Origin: Candidatus Komeilibacteria bacterium RIFOXYD1_FULL_37_29
GTDB taxonomy: Bacteria > Patescibacteriota > Patescibacteriia > UBA1558 > GWA2-36-10
Reading direction: 5' to 3'
DNA: 64,000 bases
Assembly (NCBI GenBank): GCA_001818495.1
Contig: MHKS01000002.1
Coordinates: forward strand, 16,120 to 80,119
Below the pieces are notes generated by a model. The model saw only the letters and a program-made list of their open reading frames with translations. It searched no databases and was not told the origin of the DNA. Shown piece after piece: positions 59,721-64,000 of this stretch. Within the stretch, counting starts at the first letter, position 1. The number at the start of each line of letters is the position of its first letter. Position numbers and translations under genes: made by a program.

Positions 59721-60366
59721 ATTTTAGTTTATTTAGTGCTTGTCTGATATTGGTAGATTTTTGAAAGTATGATCCAGGACAGACTATATTGGCACCAGCT
59801 CTCACGAGAGCGTGAAAGGTCTGATTATTTACTCCGCCATCTATTTCAATATTTATTTTAGGAAATTTGTAACGTAGGGCTTTGATTTTAGGAATTATTT
59901 TAGTCTCAAATTTTTGTCCTTGGCGACCGGGAGTGACGCCCATCAGCTGGATAGTATCAAAATAGGCAATAAGGTTTTTTATTTTAGCTAGAGAGGTGTT
60001 GGGATTAAGAGCCAGGCCAGTTTTTATTTTGTGGGCTTTCAGGTATTTGTTTAGAAAGGTAATATGACGGATATTTTTGTCGGCTTCATAGTGCCAGATA
60101 ATTTTTTGGACATTTTTTAATTTTAACCAGGAGTTGATATGGCGTGGTAGATCTTTGACCATCAAGTGTATTTCTAATTTATGTTGTCTGGTCAAATTTT
60201 TTATAGACTGAGGCGTTAGAGTATTTTTGGCTTTGACCAAATGGCCGTCCATAATATCAATTTGTAAACACTTAAAATAAGGACTGACTTTTTTAAATTG
60301 TTTTATAAATTCAGCTTTGTTGAGAGCTAATAACGAAGGAATGATTTTAATTTTTCTTTTGGTCAT
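59719..60366 (-). CDS. rpe: Ribulose-phosphate 3-epimerase
   Basis: start chosen at ATG overlapping rpiB stop (TAATG); KIIPSLLALN...IDIMDGHLV...HLMV...GVTPGRQGQKF...IEIDGG matches Rpe. Confidence 0.8.
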   Translation of the reverse strand: MTKRKIKIIPSLLALNKAEFIKQFKKVSPYFKCLQIDIMDGHLVKAKNTLTPQSIKNLTRQHKLEIHLMVKDLPRHINSWLKLKNVQKIIWHYEADKNIRHITFLNKYLKAHKIKTGLALNPNTSLAKIKNLIAYFDTIQLMGVTPGRQGQKFETKIIPKIKALRYKFPKINIEIDGGVNNQTFHALVRAGANIVCPGSYFQKSTNIRQALNKLK

Positions 60367-60797
60367 TAGCGGTCTATTTTTTTTATTCTTCTCTTGTAGC
60401 GAGTTAGTCCGGCAAAGGCAGTGTTGAGCCAGGCGCTGACAATGTGTTTGCCTTGTTCGTTGGTTAGACCCCAGGCCGGCAGACAAAGGATATTGGCATC
60501 GTCATCATGGCGGACTCGGCGGGCGGCGGCGGCTGACCAGCCAAAAGCTGCTCGGACATTTTTGTAGCGATTGGCTGTTATACACATGCCTTGGCCACTG
60601 CCACACATCAAAATACCCAGGTCTTTTTTATTTTTTTGGACTTTTTTGGCCACTAGCTTGGCCCAATCTGGGTAATCGTCGGTTTTTTGAAATTTTTTAT
60701 TACCCAGATCGACATAGATAATGCCGCGTTCATCTAGATATTTTTTTAAATATTCTTTGAGGTGAAAACCATTGTGGTCCGCTCCTAAATACAACAT
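60366..60797 (-). CDS. rpiB: Ribose-5-phosphate isomerase B
   Basis: 143 aa; MLYLGADHNGFHLKEYL..., CGSGQGMCITANR. Confidence 0.85.
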   Translation of the reverse strand: MLYLGADHNGFHLKEYLKKYLDERGIIYVDLGNKKFQKTDDYPDWAKLVAKKVQKNKKDLGILMCGSGQGMCITANRYKNVRAAFGWSAAAARRVRHDDDANILCLPAWGLTNEQGKHIVSAWLNTAFAGLTRYKRRIKKIDR

Positions 60798-60801
60798 ATA
60801 A

Positions 60802-61188
60802 TTATCTTAATTTTAAATTTTTTGATTTGCGGCTGATGGCAAAAATACCCAAAACTGACAGATAGGTAGCTGTAAATTCAGTAGATATTTTGTAGTGGCT
60901 TTTGTCGTAGGCACTGAGTAGAATAAATCCCAACATTAGGATAGTCCAGAGAATAATGAAAACCTCACCGTGGTAGCGGGAAAGGAACTGTTTGTTTTTC
61001 CAACGGTTTAATTCTTTAATACCGGTAAAGATGGATAAAATGGACAGATAAATAATAGTGACATCAGATAAAATGTGGGATAAGTCGTAAACTTTAAAAA
61101 AAGTTAGTAAGAAAAATATAGCAGTGACCGATCCCCAGACATCGCTGAGTATTTTCCAAAATAGTAATTCCAGTGTCAGCTGTTTCAT
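60802..61188 (-). CDS. Hypothetical 4-TM membrane protein
   Basis: 128 aa; hydropathy only. Confidence 0.3.
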   Translation of the reverse strand: MKQLTLELLFWKILSDVWGSVTAIFFLLTFFKVYDLSHILSDVTIIYLSILSIFTGIKELNRWKNKQFLSRYHGEVFIILWTILMLGFILLSAYDKSHYKISTEFTATYLSVLGIFAISRKSKNLKLR

Positions 61189-61298
61189 AGCTATATTTTA
61201 CCATATTTTACCATAAAGCAAAAAGAGAATTTGGCTGACAGCCCAGAGTTTGCTAGCTTAGTTTAAAAATGTTAGAATAATTTCACTATTTATAATAT

Positions 61299-63047
61299 AT
61301 GAAGTTTATTTTTAAATATCTTAAAGATTATCGAAAAACGCTGGTGGGAGTTCTATTTTTGGCTACCATCAATCAAGTTTTTTCTCTGTTAGATCCCCAA
61401 ATTTTTCGTCTGCTGGTGGACAATTATGCTGCACGGGTAAATGAGCTGTCCAAAGCGGAATTTTTTAGCGGTTCGGGATTATTACTTTTAGGCTTTGTGA
61501 GCGTAGCCTTAATTTCGCGGATTGCCAAAAATTTTCAGGATTACTATGTCAATGTGATTACCCATCGTCTTGGTACCAAGCTTTATGCGGAGAGTGTCCA
61601 CCATTCTTTATTTTTACCCTATAAAATATTTACTGATCAAAGCTCCGGAGAGATTTTGCAGAAAATGAAAAAAGCCCGAGAAGATATTCAGAGGATTATT
61701 ACGGGCTTGATCAATGTATTATTTGTCTATATTTTGGGAATTGCTTTTGTCTTAGCTTATGCTTTCTGGGTGCATTGGCTGATTGGGCTAGTAATATTTT
61801 TGGTAGTGCCGACACTGGGTATCACAATATTTTTAATTAGTCGGCGGATAAAAAATATTCAGACCAAAGTAGTATCTCAACAGGCTAGTTTGGCCGGTTT
61901 TACTACTGAGACTTTACGCAATATTGAATTGGTTAAAAGTCTAGGTTTGGAACAACAGGAAATAGATCGGTTAAATAAAGTCAATGATGCTATTTTAGAT
62001 TTGGAGCTGAAACGAGTAAAATTGGTCAGAACCTTGAGTTTTATCCAAGGTACTCTCATCAATGGTCTGCGGGCCTTTATCATGCTGGTGATGTTGTATT
62101 TGATGTATAATCAGGTTGTGAGCTTGGGACAATTTTTTACTTTATTATTTTATTCATTTTTCTTGTTTAGTCCTTTGGCTGAGTTGGCCAATTTGGCTGA
62201 GCAGTATCAGCAAGCCCGAGCTAGTAGCGAAGAACTGGACAAGGTTTTAAATATTCCTCCCGAACCACAACCGAAAAATCCAATAGCCATTGGTGATATT
62301 TATAAGATTTCTCTAAAAGATGTAAATTTTACCTATCGTCAGGACGGGGAGCGGGCTTTGTATGATATAAATTTAGATATCAAAGCTGGCGAGTCAGTCG
62401 CTTTTGTCGGTCCATCTGGGTCAGGCAAAACTACTCTGATAAAACTTTTAGTCAAACTTTTCCAAATTACCGGTGGGCAGATTTTATTAAATGATCAGAT
62501 TAGTCTCTACGATGTCGCCAATGAAAATTTGCGAAAAAAAATCGGCTTGGTTTCTCAAGAAACGCAACTTTTTTCCGGAACGATTCGGGAGAATCTTTTA
62601 TTTGTCAGGCCAGAAGCCAATGAAGAAGAATGTTTGAAAGTGTTGCATATGGCCGCTGCTGACAGCCTAGTCAAAAGAGGCGATCATGGCTTAGATACCA
62701 AGATAGGCGAGGGTGGTCTGAAGCTCTCGGGCGGAGAAAAACAAAGACTGGCTATTGCCAGAGCTTTGCTTCGTCGGCCGGATATTTTGATTTTTGATGA
62801 GGCCACTTCGAGCTTAGATTCTTTGACTGAGCGTCAGATTACAGACACTATCAAAACTATTGAAGCAGCTCATCCGCAGATGATCAGTGTTTTGGTCGCT
62901 CATCGGCTTTCCACTATAGCGCATGTCAAGAAAATATATGTTTTGGAAAAAGGTCGGATTGTGGAGATTGGTCGACACGATGATTTGATAAAACAAGGTG
63001 GACTTTATGCTGCCTTGTGGCGAGAGCAGTCAGGAGCCAGAAGCTAA
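61299..63047 (+). CDS. ABC transporter, fused permease/ATP-binding (type I exporter, MsbA-like)
   Basis: 582 aa; 6 TM then Walker A GPSGSGKTT, signature LSGGEKQR, Walker B ILIFDEATS. Confidence 0.85.
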   Translation: MKFIFKYLKDYRKTLVGVLFLATINQVFSLLDPQIFRLLVDNYAARVNELSKAEFFSGSGLLLLGFVSVALISRIAKNFQDYYVNVITHRLGTKLYAESVHHSLFLPYKIFTDQSSGEILQKMKKAREDIQRIITGLINVLFVYILGIAFVLAYAFWVHWLIGLVIFLVVPTLGITIFLISRRIKNIQTKVVSQQASLAGFTTETLRNIELVKSLGLEQQEIDRLNKVNDAILDLELKRVKLVRTLSFIQGTLINGLRAFIMLVMLYLMYNQVVSLGQFFTLLFYSFFLFSPLAELANLAEQYQQARASSEELDKVLNIPPEPQPKNPIAIGDIYKISLKDVNFTYRQDGERALYDINLDIKAGESVAFVGPSGSGKTTLIKLLVKLFQITGGQILLNDQISLYDVANENLRKKIGLVSQETQLFSGTIRENLLFVRPEANEEECLKVLHMAAADSLVKRGDHGLDTKIGEGGLKLSGGEKQRLAIARALLRRPDILIFDEATSSLDSLTERQITDTIKTIEAAHPQMISVLVAHRLSTIAHVKKIYVLEKGRIVEIGRHDDLIKQGGLYAALWREQSGARS

Positions 63048-63052
63048 AATCA

Positions 63053-63081
63053 TTGACTAAATCTTTATTTTTTGTTATAGT
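63053..63081 (+). promoter_or_regulatory. Promoter TTGACT-17-TATAGT upstream of tRNA pair
   Basis: seen directly. Confidence 0.4.
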
Positions 63082-63101
63082 TGGCTGTGTTTTTAATTTT
63101 T

Positions 63102-63176
63102 GCCCCGGTAGTTCAACGGATAGAATAGAAGCCTTCTAAGCTTTAGATTCAGGTTCGATTCCTGGCCGGGGTACCA
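63102..63176 (+). tRNA. tRNA-Arg (anticodon TCT)
   Basis: GCCCCGGUAGUUCAACGG...; anticodon loop CUUCUAA; T-loop GGUUCGAUUCC; encoded CCA. Confidence 0.85.
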
Positions 63177-63184
63177 TATCATAT

Positions 63185-63260
63185 GGTGCCCATGGTGTAA
63201 CGGTTAACACAGCGGTTTGTGGTACCGCTAATGAGGGTTCGATTCCCTCTGGGCACCCCA
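63185..63260 (+). tRNA. tRNA-His (anticodon GTG) with encoded G-1
   Basis: extra 5' G pairing with discriminator C73 (His hallmark); anticodon loop UUGUGGU; encoded CCA. Confidence 0.9.
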
Positions 63261-64000
63261 AACGGTATCTAATATAACCGAGTTCGGTTGATTGGATATC
63301 ATTGCAGGAATCTCGGCAATTTGTCGGGATTTTTGCGTTTTAGGGGCAATCTTGGATTTTGATTTGCCAGCTATGAACGGTGTGAATTCTACGGCCAAGT
63401 CGGTTATTATTCTCGGACCGGTAATTTCTTTGTATTTCTTGGTAAAGACCATGTCTTCGGCTTGCATCAGTCCTCTGATGATCGGTGATGGTATTACGGT
63501 TTGGATTTTTTTGTCAGCCACCTCAAACCTCTCCCAATAAAGGCCAAGGAATAGTCTTTTCATTTCATCCGGCGATTTGGTATAGGCTTCGTAAGCGTTG
63601 CGGACAAACAAGAGCATATCTTGGAGTTCATCAATTCTCATATTGAGTTTTTTATCTTGGGTATACAATTCGTCTTGCAATAGCTCGAGCTGTTCTTTGA
63701 TTTTAACTTTTACTCTGGAGAAGTCGTCATCAGTGATTAATCCGGCAAAAAGTTTTTCCTCGGCTGTATCCCGTTTCTTTTCAAACATCATCTTTTGAGT
63801 ATTCAGGGCTTTCTTATCTTTATTAATCACTTCTTTACGAGTGCTATAAATCTTTTCAATCTTGGTCACTAGTCTATCGGTAAAATTGGGAGTAAATTCT
63901 ATGTACTTGAACAAGTTAGCAACTTGCTGTTCTATGTCCCAAACCTCCACATACTTATCTTGGCATTTAATCTGATCACCAGACCGGTTGCAGTGATAAT
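63228..64000 (-). CDS. Hypothetical coiled-coil protein, 5' end outside window; C-terminus overlaps tRNA-His antisense
   Basis: reading frame stays open to the window edge; heptad-like KIKEQLELLQDELYTQDKKLNMRIDELQD; last 11 codons are antisense to the tRNA-His 3' half. Confidence 0.25.
   Translation of the reverse strand, partial: YHCNRSGDQIKCQDKYVEVWDIEQQVANLFKYIEFTPNFTDRLVTKIEKIYSTRKEVINKDKKALNTQKMMFEKKRDTAEEKLFAGLITDDDFSRVKVKIKEQLELLQDELYTQDKKLNMRIDELQDMLLFVRNAYEAYTKSPDEMKRLFLGLYWERFEVADKKIQTVIPSPIIRGLMQAEDMVFTKKYKEITGPRIITDLAVEFTPFIAGKSKSKIAPKTQKSRQIAEIPAMISNQPNSVILDTVWGAQRESNPH

Overview
This 64-kb window reads as a compact, low-GC (~35%) genome in the standard genetic code, and the gene content suggests a CPR/Patescibacteria-like bacterium (inference). 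I call about 70 protein genes, a 23S-5S rRNA pair with no 16S in the window, and eight tRNAs. Five are on the minus strand (Val, Ala, Leu, Lys, Arg) and two on the plus strand (Arg-TCT, His).

Recognisable blocks, in order:
- a cell-envelope glycosylation cluster (GT4 glycosyltransferases, SDR epimerase, GtrA, kinase-like protein);
- a split transketolase, an archaeal-type PGI/PMI, MscL, and an oxidative-folding pair/trio (VKOR plus two DsbA-like proteins);
- the rRNA pair, an endonuclease Q homologue, and the L19, gmk and rluD genes;
- pilT fused in an operon with a cNMP/GAF protein;
- a B12 salvage trio (S-component-like membrane protein, DUF4430, BtuR) and a B12-dependent class II ribonucleotide reductase (NrdJ) with two ATP-cones;
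- Fic, a GrpB protein, and a beta-CASP MBL nuclease;
- an oxidative-stress/Fe-S block (Prx, patatin-like, SOD, NifU, NifS, Bcp, ferredoxin);
- a KorAB-like 2-oxoacid:ferredoxin oxidoreductase followed by a pilin-like protein, a 1178-aa surface protein, a sensor histidine kinase and an MFS-like membrane protein;
- rpe/rpiB and an ABC exporter.

The most notable unannotated signal is a canonical SAM-I (S-box) riboswitch on the minus strand at about 20434-20558. It has its own promoter and tandem U-tract terminators, and it sits directly upstream of a 38-aa CxxC...CxxC zinc-ribbon micro-ORF that is closed off by a strong terminator. That gene is not a recognised SAM-regulon member.

Other findings:
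- a 114-bp exactly duplicated terminator-promoter-RBS cassette placed in front of a CDP-alcohol phosphatidyltransferase gene and a 28-aa membrane peptide;
- a 42-aa Lys/Arg-rich micro-protein built from a perfect 45-bp tandem duplication;
- a second GC-rich structured RNA candidate next to the tRNA operon;
- a ~2.2-kb GC-rich island with antisense ORF artefacts;
- a possible mobile-element boundary at tRNA-His at the window edge.
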